Below are positions 1-7,584 of a DNA stretch of 39,977 nucleotides, piece after piece. This DNA is from Candidatus Woesearchaeota archaeon. GTDB lineage: Archaea > Nanobdellota > Nanobdellia > Pacearchaeales > GW2011-AR1. The translations under genes were made by a program, and so were the position numbers. A model generated the notes under the pieces. The model made no database searches. It saw only the letters and a list, made by a program, of their open reading frames with translations, and was not told where the DNA came from. The stretch's first letter is position 1. Every line of letters starts with the position of its first letter. Location: assembly GCA_964555925.1 (NCBI GenBank), contig CAZKUJ010000002.1:1-39977 (forward strand), written 5' to 3'.

Positions 1-415
1 CTATCTTATTCTTTCTATTAACTTTTTGATGCCAATGCCAGAAAGCTTTGAAAATTTTAACATAATCTTGAACAGATTTATACTTCTTTTTGTCTTTTCT
101 TCTAATTTTACCATTTCTCATGTCTGCGAAAAAACTAAACAATCTATCTTCAGTAATATCTGTTACCTTATCAAATTTAAATCTTATTTCAAATTGTTTA
201 ACAAGAAAAACTAATCTCTGCCTTAAAGCATTTAATCTAACGTAACTCCTCGCACCTTTTTTATTTGTAATAGCAATATTAATTCCATTTTCCATGTCGC
301 TGAGATATTGCTTAATAATATTAGAATTATACTTTGTTAGATTTGGAATTGCTTCTGTTGTTTTCTCTTTCCAAGTCAAATACCTTTCTTTATGCTTATA
401 TGGATCAATCTTCAT
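1..415 (-). CDS. Tyrosine recombinase/integrase, N-terminal portion (rest of gene lies beyond the left window edge)
   Basis: Absent from the ORF track because there is no stop in the window. The minus-strand ATG at 415-413 opens an unbroken frame down to nt 2 (138 codons): MKIDPYKHKERYLTWKEKTTEAIPNLTKYNSNIIKQYLSDMENGINIAITNKKGARSYVRLNALRQRLVFLVKQFEIRFKFDKVTDITEDRLFSFFADMRNGKIRRKDKKKYKSVQDYVKIFKAFWHWHQKVNRKNKI. It resembles the SAM-like core-binding N-domain of phage/archaeal integrases. A TATAAAAA box (444-437) lies about 25 nt upstream. The ATG is 76 nt from the 3' end of tRNA-Glu. The catalytic domain is not visible, so the family call is provisional. Confidence 0.5.
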   Translation of the reverse strand, partial: MKIDPYKHKERYLTWKEKTTEAIPNLTKYNSNIIKQYLSDMENGINIAITNKKGARSYVRLNALRQRLVFLVKQFEIRFKFDKVTDITEDRLFSFFADMRNGKIRRKDKKKYKSVQDYVKIFKAFWHWHQKVNRKNKI

Positions 416-491
416 GTGTTCAAGACATTTTCTGTCTTTTTATACAACTTGTGGCGAAGTTGCACCCCATGAATTTGCCAAAAAGGTATTA

Positions 492-641
492 TGCCCCTGC
501 CGAGATTCGAACTCGGGTCACGGCCGGACTTCATGTCAACTTACGTTGCCATTTGAATCAGAACCAGAAGGTTCTTCATCAAACGTCGGCTTACGCCGTC
601 ATTTGAGAGGGCCGCATTCTTGGCCTCTGAACTACAGGGGC
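492..641 (-). tRNA. tRNA-Glu (anticodon CUC) with 77-nt intron
   Basis: Hand-folded cloverleaf on the minus strand: acceptor GCCCCTG/CAGGGGC, D arm GTTC..GAAT, anticodon stem CGGCC/GGCCG with loop C-T-CTC-A, T arm CCGAG-TTCGAAT-CTCGG, discriminator A. It has a 38-nt 5' exon, a 77-nt intron at canonical 37/38 and a 35-nt 3' exon. CCA is not encoded. Confidence 0.85.
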
Positions 642-749
642 TTTTGCTCCAGGAGTTTAGGTTGAACTTCACTTATTTGTGAGTGCCTGAACTAGCTCGA
701 GGTACTGCTTAGTTCAAAGAATAAGAAAAATTCATTTAAAAATCTTGGC

Positions 750-1019
750 TTACTTTACAAGAGAAACAGCATCATTAGGTCTTACTTTGTCAAGAACCTT
801 TATTCCTATGTGGTCTCCTTTCTTTGCTACTTTTACATCTTTTCTCTCTATCTGCATACTGTCAACTGGAATTTCAAAATCAGTTGTTGCACCTTTTATG
901 CGGATTTTGTCTCCAACCTTTAAACTTCCAGAGAGTTTTATGGCGGCTACACCCACATGACTAAAGTAACTTGAGACTCTGCCAATCTCTTTTTCAGAAG
1001 TTTTTGCCATGATTTCCAA
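750..1019 (-). CDS. Small EF-Tu domain-2-like beta-barrel protein (translation-factor-like)
   Basis: 89-aa ORF. The sequence GRVSSYFSHVGVAAIKLSGSLKVGDKIRIKGATTDFEIPVDSMQIERKDVKVAKKGDHIGIKV matches the pattern of stand-alone GTP_EFTU_D2-like proteins. The start may be at MAKTSEKE (codon 4). Confidence 0.6.
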   Translation of the reverse strand: MEIMAKTSEKEIGRVSSYFSHVGVAAIKLSGSLKVGDKIRIKGATTDFEIPVDSMQIERKDVKVAKKGDHIGIKVLDKVRPNDAVSLVK

Positions 1020-1042
1020 AAGAATTTGATGTATTTAAATTT

Positions 1043-1062
1043 ATAGCCTCGCCAGGATTCGA
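1043..1062. repeat. 20-nt exact duplicate of the tRNA-Gln 3' end (second copy at 1129-1148)
   Basis: atagcctcgccaggattcga occurs at 1043-1062 and again at 1129-1148. The second copy is the acceptor/T-arm 3' end of tRNA-Gln plus 1 nt. The 66-nt spacer contains a perfect 8-bp hairpin, taaagttt-tgc-aaacttta (1086-1104). Confidence 0.9.
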
Positions 1063-1129
1063 GCCTCACATTTGTTCGACCTGCATAAAGTTTTGCAAAC
1101 TTTACACAAACCCTGTTCGAATCCAAAAA

Positions 1130-1259
1130 TAGCCTCGCCAGGATTCGAACCTGGGCCCCGGGATATCCCTCGAATGCAACTCAATATAAAAGTTCTAAAA
1201 TTGTTCTGCTAATTTATCTGTTCAGAGTCCCGGATCCTTGACCGCTAGACGACGAGGCT
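1130..1259 (-). tRNA. tRNA-Gln (anticodon CUG) with 57-nt intron
   Basis: Acceptor AGCCTCG/CGAGGCT, D arm GTCT..GGAT, anticodon stem CGGGA/TCCCG with loop C-T-CTG-A, T arm CCAGG-TTCGAAT-CCTGG, discriminator A. The intron is at 37/38. Confidence 0.85.
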
Positions 1260-1360
1260 TTTATGATGAAGTTTCTAGAAATTCTTTGCAAGAAGAGTAT
1301 TAAAATCTTACTTTCGCTTTTTAATGTCTGCAGAAAAATAAAGGATAAATTTAAATTTCT

Positions 1361-1825
1361 TTGTTTTCTTTTATATTCATGTTTAAAAAAATACACTTAG
1401 TTATAGGTTCTTTTATAGCTCTTTACTTTCTTCCTTTTATCACGCACAAAATCGTGTTCTTTCCAGTTGTCTTGATAGCAAGTTTTATTCCAGACCTGGA
1501 TTCAGTGATTGTACCTAAAAAGAATTATAAAACTTTGAAATTCCTTAATTCACAATCATATAGGGAATTTATGCATAGTTATACTTTCTGTATTTTATTA
1601 TCTACTTTGCTAGCATTTTTTTATCCTATTTTGGCTCTTCCGTTTTTTCTTGGCTACTCATTTCATCTTTTTTTTGACAGTCTTACAGTTGATGGAATAA
1701 ATCCGTTTTGGCCCCTTAAAGTAAAAACTCAGGGATTAATTGTTCCGGGAAAAAGTTCCGAGAAGATTCTAATGATAATTCTAATTATTTTAATTGTTTT
1801 GTTTATATTAAGATATCTATTTTAA
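1361..1825 (+). CDS. Membrane-bound metal-dependent hydrolase, YdjM/DUF457-like
   Basis: Multi-TM 154-aa ORF with SFIPDLDS, HSYTF and FHLFFDSLTVDGINPFWPL motifs typical of the YdjM family. The start may be the second ATG at 1379 (MFKKIHL). Confidence 0.6.
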   Translation: MFSFIFMFKKIHLVIGSFIALYFLPFITHKIVFFPVVLIASFIPDLDSVIVPKKNYKTLKFLNSQSYREFMHSYTFCILLSTLLAFFYPILALPFFLGYSFHLFFDSLTVDGINPFWPLKVKTQGLIVPGKSSEKILMIILIILIVLFILRYLF

Positions 1826-1887
1826 TGCTTTAGAAAGATTTTTATACGAGTGCCTCTTTTCAAAAGAATAAAAGGAGTTTTAATAAA

Positions 1888-2193
1888 ATGGTGAGCTTTT
1901 GGTTAATTGCGCTTGTAGCCGCATTATTTGTTTTTTTAGCTTTCAAAATGAATAATCTAAGAACAAAAACAGCTTACATCTTTATTTTTTTGGGTATTTC
2001 TTTTTTGCTCTTGACGGGATTTATAGTTTTTTCAGGCAAAGAAATAAGTTTAACAACAGTTGAAGGTGTATCTTCTGCACTAAAAACATATGTATCTTGG
2101 TTTGGAAATGCGGGTTCAAACGTTATTAAAGTTTCAAGTTATGTGCTAAAGCAAGAATGGAAATCTGATGACATAACTAATGCCACAGGTTAG
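1888..2193 (+). CDS. Hypothetical small membrane protein
   Basis: 101-aa ORF with two predicted TM helices. No recognisable family. Confidence 0.5.
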   Translation: MVSFWLIALVAALFVFLAFKMNNLRTKTAYIFIFLGISFLLLTGFIVFSGKEISLTTVEGVSSALKTYVSWFGNAGSNVIKVSSYVLKQEWKSDDITNATG

Positions 2194-2407
2194 AATGAAA
2201 GTAATTGCTCTCATAATTATAAAATTTCTTTTCATTTCGGCTTTATTTATAATTAGCAATGGAAATCTGTATCTAAAAAATTCTGAGCAAAGGGAGATTT
2301 TTTTTGAATCTTATTTAAATTGGATTGGAGGAGTCTTTAATCAAGGCATGGAAGTTGCAGGATATGTTATAAATTCGCGATGGCTTCCAACAAATTCTTC
2401 ATCTTAA
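2180..2407 (+). CDS. Hypothetical small membrane protein
   Basis: 75-aa ORF that overlaps the previous gene by 14 nt (operon-like coupling) and has one N-terminal TM helix. Confidence 0.45.
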   Translation: MPQVRMKVIALIIIKFLFISALFIISNGNLYLKNSEQREIFFESYLNWIGGVFNQGMEVAGYVINSRWLPTNSSS

Positions 2408-2460
2408 CTTAACATAAGTTTTAAAAACTATAAATGCCAATTAAATAATGTTAGAATAAA

Positions 2461-2739
2461 ATGGCTAAAAAAAAGAGATCTGGAGTGGATTTTAAGAAAA
2501 CGAATTCAAAGAATCTAGAACCTTTTCCACTTAGAGAGAGAACAGACATTGCATTAAAAAATTTCTTTTTATTTTTAGTGATTTTTATCTTTTCTTTTAT
2601 TTTGTATAATTTTTCTGTAGGTGAATTATTTAAGAATTTTTTCGGCATACTTTCATTAATTTTTGGATTTTTATCTCTTGCATTTTTAATCGCTTTTGTT
2701 GTGCTGACTATTCTTAAATCTGGTTCTAGAAGAAAATAA
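2461..2739 (+). CDS. Hypothetical membrane protein
   Basis: 92-aa ORF with a basic N-terminus followed by two TM helices. Confidence 0.5.
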   Translation: MAKKKRSGVDFKKTNSKNLEPFPLRERTDIALKNFFLFLVIFIFSFILYNFSVGELFKNFFGILSLIFGFLSLAFLIAFVVLTILKSGSRRK

Positions 2740-2820
2740 TTATTTGCTTTGTTCGTTGAATTCTAAAATAAATGGAAACTTTTTAATAGTTGAAATTTTG
2801 GTTGGTTATTGTATATTGGG

Positions 2821-2895
2821 GCCCTAGTAGCTCAGTCGGTTTAGAGCGCGTCATTGGTAATGACGAGGTCGGGGGTTCGAATCCCCCCTGGGGCT
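2821..2895 (+). tRNA. tRNA-Thr (anticodon GGU), intron-less
   Basis: Acceptor GCCCTAG/CTGGGGC (one G-U pair), D arm GCTC..GAGC, anticodon stem CGTCA/TGACG with loop TT-GGT-AA, T arm GGGGG-TTCGAAT-CCCCC, discriminator T. Confidence 0.9.
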
Positions 2896-2946
2896 TGGCC
2901 TCAAATTTTTACTAACATTTATAAAATCCCATTATTCCTTTAGGAC

Positions 2947-3435
2947 ATGGCGAAAAAAGAAAAAACCTTGGAGGATTTTAAGCAAGAATACAAAAAAATC
3001 CAAGAAAAATATTCCTTACCTAGTTTTGAGAATCTTAATGAAGATTTTGGAATAGAAAAAGCTTCAGAATTAGAAACAGACCTGCTTCCAAGAGAAATAA
3101 GAAAATTTATTTGGGATAAAATAGTGAATTATCTTCGACTTATTGAAGGCCTTTTAAATCCCGTAAATGCACCCATGTTCATTTTTTCTGTTATAAAACT
3201 TCTCGGAGTTGAAGAAAAAAGAAGACTTTCTGAAATTTACAAAAAATTAACCAAAACAGAAATTAAAGTTATAGCGCTTGATTTGAATTTTGATGAAAAA
3301 AAAGAAGCGGAATTTATAAAAAATTCTTATGGAATTTGGCAAGAAATAAAAAAAGACCTGGTAGATATTATGGAAAAAGTCTATAATAAGTGGGATGATA
3401 AAATAGAAGCAACCACTAAGGGCTATTTTGGATGA
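2947..3435 (+). CDS. Hypothetical cytoplasmic protein
   Basis: 162-aa charged, helical ORF. No motif recognised. Confidence 0.5.
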   Translation: MAKKEKTLEDFKQEYKKIQEKYSLPSFENLNEDFGIEKASELETDLLPREIRKFIWDKIVNYLRLIEGLLNPVNAPMFIFSVIKLLGVEEKRRLSEIYKKLTKTEIKVIALDLNFDEKKEAEFIKNSYGIWQEIKKDLVDIMEKVYNKWDDKIEATTKGYFG

Positions 3436-3442
3436 AAAATTT

Positions 3443-5092
3443 CTAAATTAATTCATTAATAATTTCTTCAATTTCAATTTCAAATAGAGCTACAGGCATT
3501 TTTATTTTCCAATTTTTTAGAATTTTCGGATGCATCTCTCCAATAAACCCTATTTTTTTATTTTTAAAAAAGATTTCTGCAGTTCTTCCTTCTATGAAAC
3601 AAAAAGGAAGTTTTTCTGCTTCTTTAAATGAAATTTCTTTATCTATGCTTCTGAAAAAATATTCAAGAATTTTTTTGCTTCGCGTGAAATTTCCAGGAGA
3701 AATTCCTGCAGCGAGAACCTCTTTTTCTTTTATTTTTCCTTCGAATTTTTCTAAAGAGAAAACCTTTCCTATTTCAAATATTTCCTGCGGATACTCTGCA
3801 TCCACGTTTTCTGCAAAGTTCTTTAATAATAAATGAACTAAGTCTTTTCTTAATGCATCATATTCTGTTTTCGAGCCCTCAATTTCAATTATTTCTGGAT
3901 TTTTTGTAGATAAACCCATTTTTTCTATCTGATTTTTCTTGTTTGTTAGATGATAATTTGAAACTTCTATTATTGAAAGCCCAGAAAGAATTTCTGAGAA
4001 TTTCCTTTTTAATGAGGTTTTTTTATCTTCTTCTCCTATTGAGGCTATTTCTGGAATTTCTGGAATAAAATTTTCATATCCGTATGCTATGGCTATATCT
4101 TCAGTAATATCCACTTCATGAAGAATGTCTGTTCTCCAAGCAGCAATTTCCACTGTTCCTGCAGAATAATTGTGCCCCATTTTTTCAACTAATTTTTTTA
4201 CTTCTTTTTCTTTTAAATTCAATCCCAGAGTTTTATTGACATTTTCTAGAGAAATTTTCATTTTTGTGGGTGTTAAATTAGGAGTTATCTCTTTTTTGCT
4301 GTATTTTAAATTGACTTGGTAAATTTTACCACCCATTTCTGCCAAACTTGTTGTAATTATGTTTAAGCACGATTTAAGAATATTAAAATCAAAACCAGAA
4401 CATTCAATTAAAACATCGTGTGTTTCAGAAGTTACTTTTCCTGTTATTTGAGAATTGATAATTGGCGGCATACTTAAAATCTGGTTATTTGCATCTACAA
4501 AAACAGGAAATTTGGCTTTTCCTGCAAGAAGATGAGCATATTCTTTTCCTGCAGGGTGTCTTTGAAGAATTTCTAATCCAGAAAGTTCCCTGTTCATTTC
4601 CAAAGGAATAAATTTTATTTGATCTGGCTCCATTGCCTTGAAAATTATCGGAAATTTTATTTTATTTAAAGGATAAACTCCGATTGCGACTTTTTTTCTT
4701 TTTTTTCCTAAAGTTAGATGAAGTTTTTCTTGGATTTCTACAAGTTCTTTTATTTTGGAATCATCAAATTTCAACCCCCGCACAACTGCACACGCGGTGT
4801 AAGGTCTAATTTCTTTTACAGAAGAATCTATTATTACATTATAATCCTTTTCTGGAGGATTTACAGAATACTTTTTTAATCCTATTTTTTTACCTAGATA
4901 AGCTAAAAAAGATCTTTTGAATCCAGAATAAGAAAGCATATCTGGACGATTTGGAAAAACTTCTAACTGAATCTCATCTTCTGTGATAGCCTCTATAGGA
5001 GTTCCGAACAAAGCTATTCTTTCCTGCATTTCTGCATCGAATTTTCCTATCTCGTTTTCAAAATCTTTTTTAGGTATTGATACTATTGCCAT
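3443..5092 (-). CDS. pheT: Phenylalanine--tRNA ligase beta subunit (archaeal type)
   Basis: 549 aa. The N-terminal B3/B4-type region (EVFPNRPDMLSYSGFKRSFLAYLG), the B5-like middle and the C-terminal class II-like core match archaeal PheT architecture. The gene lies in the same strand-run as pheS. Confidence 0.9.
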   Translation of the reverse strand: MAIVSIPKKDFENEIGKFDAEMQERIALFGTPIEAITEDEIQLEVFPNRPDMLSYSGFKRSFLAYLGKKIGLKKYSVNPPEKDYNVIIDSSVKEIRPYTACAVVRGLKFDDSKIKELVEIQEKLHLTLGKKRKKVAIGVYPLNKIKFPIIFKAMEPDQIKFIPLEMNRELSGLEILQRHPAGKEYAHLLAGKAKFPVFVDANNQILSMPPIINSQITGKVTSETHDVLIECSGFDFNILKSCLNIITTSLAEMGGKIYQVNLKYSKKEITPNLTPTKMKISLENVNKTLGLNLKEKEVKKLVEKMGHNYSAGTVEIAAWRTDILHEVDITEDIAIAYGYENFIPEIPEIASIGEEDKKTSLKRKFSEILSGLSIIEVSNYHLTNKKNQIEKMGLSTKNPEIIEIEGSKTEYDALRKDLVHLLLKNFAENVDAEYPQEIFEIGKVFSLEKFEGKIKEKEVLAAGISPGNFTRSKKILEYFFRSIDKEISFKEAEKLPFCFIEGRTAEIFFKNKKIGFIGEMHPKILKNWKIKMPVALFEIEIEEIINELI

Positions 5093-5094
5093 TT

Positions 5095-5550
5095 TTACTT
5101 CCTTATTTTTTCTGCAATTTTTTTTAATTCTTCAATTGTTTTTTGAGGGCCCACTTGAGTTGAAATATATCCCTTGTAGGTATCAAAATAAATCTTTTCT
5201 TTAGCCCAGGTTTCTTCAAATTTTCCATTTAATCCGTGAATGGGATATAATTTAATATGAGCATGATTAATTCCAAGTCCCTCCATGACAACGGCAACCC
5301 TTTTTACATTTAGTTTTTTTTCTAATAGCTTTGCAACTTTTTTTGCAGCCATCATTAAATCTTTATAGGCGTTTTCAGGCATATCTGTAGCATCACTATC
5401 ATAATGTTTTTTTGTTAAAACTAAAGTCATTCCTTCTGTATTTGGATTTACATCTAATATTGCTACATGCCTTTTATCTTTCCAAATTTTAACAGAAGGT
5501 CTTTTTCCGTTTATAATCTCACAAAATATACACTTTTTCATTTTATCCAA
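5095..5550 (-). CDS. HIT-family (histidine triad) nucleotide hydrolase/transferase
   Basis: 151 aa with an N-terminal C-x-F-C zinc-type motif (CIFCEII) and a triad region GINHAHIKLYP. This is HxHxK, a variant of the canonical HxHxHxx. It sits between pheS (13-nt overlap) and pheT (2-nt gap). Confidence 0.75.
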   Translation of the reverse strand: MDKMKKCIFCEIINGKRPSVKIWKDKRHVAILDVNPNTEGMTLVLTKKHYDSDATDMPENAYKDLMMAAKKVAKLLEKKLNVKRVAVVMEGLGINHAHIKLYPIHGLNGKFEETWAKEKIYFDTYKGYISTQVGPQKTIEELKKIAEKIRK

Positions 5551-7067
5551 AATTTAATTTTTCTTAGCTGATTAAGATCGTTTTTATACATATCTCTTAT
5601 ATCTTTTATTTGATAATAATCCATTAGAATTCTGTCTATTCCCGGACCCCATGCTAATACAGGAATGTTTTCTCCAAGAAGAGGAATTACTACTTCTGGT
5701 CTAAATATTCCTGCTCCGCATAATTCAAGCCAGACTTTCTTTTCAGGATGCCATACGTCGATTTCAACAGAAGGCTCTGTGTAAGGGAAATATGCAGGCC
5801 TTGTTCTTATTTTTTCAAAACCCATTTTATTAAAGAACTCTTTAAGATATCCAAGAAGATGTCGAAAGTTTACATCTTTATCTAAAACAATTCCTTCTGT
5901 CTGATTAAATTCAAAACTATGACTCCAGTCTATTGTTTCATTTCTGAAAACTTTTCCAACAGCGAAAAATTTTCCCTTTTTCTCTTCACTTGGCAATTTA
6001 CTTAATTCATACAATTTCTGAGCAGAGAGGCAAGTTGTGTGTGTTCTTAAAACAGAATTTTTTGCACTTTCTTCATCCCAAGGATATTGCCAACCCTTGC
6101 TTCCTCCCACCCCTTGCTCGTGAGCTTTTTTTACTTGTTTTACTAAATCTTTTTCAGGTAAGTCGATTTTTTTATTTAAGAAGAATGTGTCCTGCATTTC
6201 TCTTACCGGATGATCCTGGGCCGTGAATAATGCATCAAAATTCCAGAAAGAACTTACAATCAAATCTTTTTCCATCTCTTTAAATCCCATTTCTAGCCAG
6301 ATTTTTCTTGCATAATCAGTTGCTTGATTTACAAAATGCCTTTTTCCTCCACTTATTGGCGAAATAGGAAGTTTAACATCATATCTTCGAAATTTTTTTC
6401 CTTTCCATAGCGAATCTTTTTTTAAAAGTTCCGGAGTAATCTGCTCTATAAGGTCCTTTTTTTTGGTATCTGCTTCAAGAATTTTTCTTCCTTTATCTGT
6501 TATTTTTATGCTGATACTTTTTTCATCTTTTAATTGAACAAGGTCTTTTCTTTTTTTAAGTGCTTCAAATGTTAACTTCTGTTCTGAATTTAAAAGCCCA
6601 TAATCAAGAGGTAGAGATTCTAGAAATAATTCTTCTGGGCTTTTTTTAGAAATTTCTTCTTTGTTTGCACTAAAAATTATTTTTTCTTTTTTTAGTTCAA
6701 TTAAATTTCTTCTTTTTAAGACTCCAAGAGAAGCCCTGAACTCATCATCAGAAAGATTGCTCTTCTTTTTTGCTTCATCGGGTTTAAGAATTCTTTTTTC
6801 ATTTAGGAGATTTAAAAGCCTTCTTTCTGGAAGACCTTTTTTCTTATATAATGCTCCGTTTAATCCTATTTGAACTATTTTTCTTTTTTCTACTAAAAGA
6901 TCAATAATGCCTTTATTTTTTAGATATTCAAGAGATCTTAATACAGAAACCTTATCTAAACTAGCCTTTTTGCAGATATCAACTAAATCTTTCTCTTCAA
7001 GATAAGGAATAATTCTTCTTTCATTTGGACTTAAAGACTCTAAAATTTTTTCTGTGAGGATTTCCAT
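5538..7067 (-). CDS. pheS: Phenylalanine--tRNA ligase alpha subunit (archaeal type)
   Basis: 509 aa with N-terminal winged-helix repeats, class II motif 2 (FRNETIDWSHSFEFNQTEG) and motif 3 (GAGIFRPEV...AWGPGIDRI). Confidence 0.9.
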   Translation of the reverse strand: MEILTEKILESLSPNERRIIPYLEEKDLVDICKKASLDKVSVLRSLEYLKNKGIIDLLVEKRKIVQIGLNGALYKKKGLPERRLLNLLNEKRILKPDEAKKKSNLSDDEFRASLGVLKRRNLIELKKEKIIFSANKEEISKKSPEELFLESLPLDYGLLNSEQKLTFEALKKRKDLVQLKDEKSISIKITDKGRKILEADTKKKDLIEQITPELLKKDSLWKGKKFRRYDVKLPISPISGGKRHFVNQATDYARKIWLEMGFKEMEKDLIVSSFWNFDALFTAQDHPVREMQDTFFLNKKIDLPEKDLVKQVKKAHEQGVGGSKGWQYPWDEESAKNSVLRTHTTCLSAQKLYELSKLPSEEKKGKFFAVGKVFRNETIDWSHSFEFNQTEGIVLDKDVNFRHLLGYLKEFFNKMGFEKIRTRPAYFPYTEPSVEIDVWHPEKKVWLELCGAGIFRPEVVIPLLGENIPVLAWGPGIDRILMDYYQIKDIRDMYKNDLNQLRKIKFWIK

Positions 7068-7119
7068 TATTGAGTTAAATAAGTAATAGTTAAAAGGGTT
7101 TTGTTTCTGGAGTTTGCGC

Positions 7120-7563
7120 TTATAATTCTTTTGTCATCCAGGTTGGCATGCCTAAAATAAGTCCTAGTGATTTTAGATTATATTTCTCTAATTTTTTTGA
7201 AGAAATAAACCTCATTTTTATTTTATTTTTATTGCAGAGTTGTATATTTTGCTTAACTCTTGCAAGAATATCTGACTTTTCTTTTTTCTCACTATTAAGA
7301 ATTTCATTCAGGTTTATTCCCAGAATTACATCTTTTTTCTTTGCAAGTTTTGCAAGCACCTGGTCAAATCCAGAATCTCTTTGTTTGAACCTGTCTTTTT
7401 TCTTAGCCAGATTTAAAAGAAGCACATTTATTTTTTCTTTCTCTAGAATTTTTTTAATTAATTCGTCGTCTTCGCTGGAGAAAATTATCTCGTTTCTTTG
7501 ATTTTCTCTTATCTTTTTCCTTGCATTTTGAAAATTATTTTCTGAAATAATAATTGATTTCAT
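7120..7563 (-). CDS. Short RNase P protein component 3 (Rpp30)-like protein
   Basis: 147 aa. The sequence DSGFDQVLAKLAKKKDVILGINLNEIL...ARVKQNIQLCNKNKIKMRFISS...LKSLGLILGM resembles the C-terminal two thirds of archaeal Rpp30. It is shorter than typical Rpp30 (about 210-240 aa). Confidence 0.45.
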   Translation of the reverse strand: MKSIIISENNFQNARKKIRENQRNEIIFSSEDDELIKKILEKEKINVLLLNLAKKKDRFKQRDSGFDQVLAKLAKKKDVILGINLNEILNSEKKEKSDILARVKQNIQLCNKNKIKMRFISSKKLEKYNLKSLGLILGMPTWMTKEL

Positions 7564-7584
7564 TTTTAGATAGATTATTGGTCT

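Noticed and set aside
514-596. C/D box sRNA inside the tRNA-Glu introns (UGAUGA ... CUGA in the CUC copy)
   Set aside because: The sequence between the putative C and D' boxes is a self-complementary hairpin, not a free 12-nt guide. The paralogous intron has UGCUGA instead of UGAUGA, and no convincing C'/D pair follows. A structural (possibly G-A flanked) hairpin is the simpler reading.
26-665. Track ORFs 26..214(+), 294..665(+) and 334..606(+)
   Set aside because: They lie antisense to the open integrase-like frame (1-415) or run straight through tRNA-Glu(CUC). They have low-complexity or Cys/Phe-rich compositions and no promoter context.
1043-1128. Possible split-tRNA half or second tRNA downstream of tRNA-Gln
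   Set aside because: The fragment contains only the last 19-20 nt (T-arm 3' strand plus acceptor). No matching 5' acceptor strand, anticodon arm or GC-rich complementary leader is present, and the T stem cannot pair. It is therefore treated as a duplication scar.
1214-1396. Track ORF 1214..1396(-)
   Set aside because: Its 3' part overlaps the 5' exon of tRNA-Gln (to 1259). The rest is AT-rich intergenic/promoter DNA, so it is most likely spurious.
5095-5550. HIT gene as a pseudogene because the triad reads HAHIK
   Set aside because: The ORF is intact, tightly coupled to both neighbours and otherwise well conserved (zinc-type CxxC, GINHAH). A subfamily variant is more likely than decay, but this needs an alignment.
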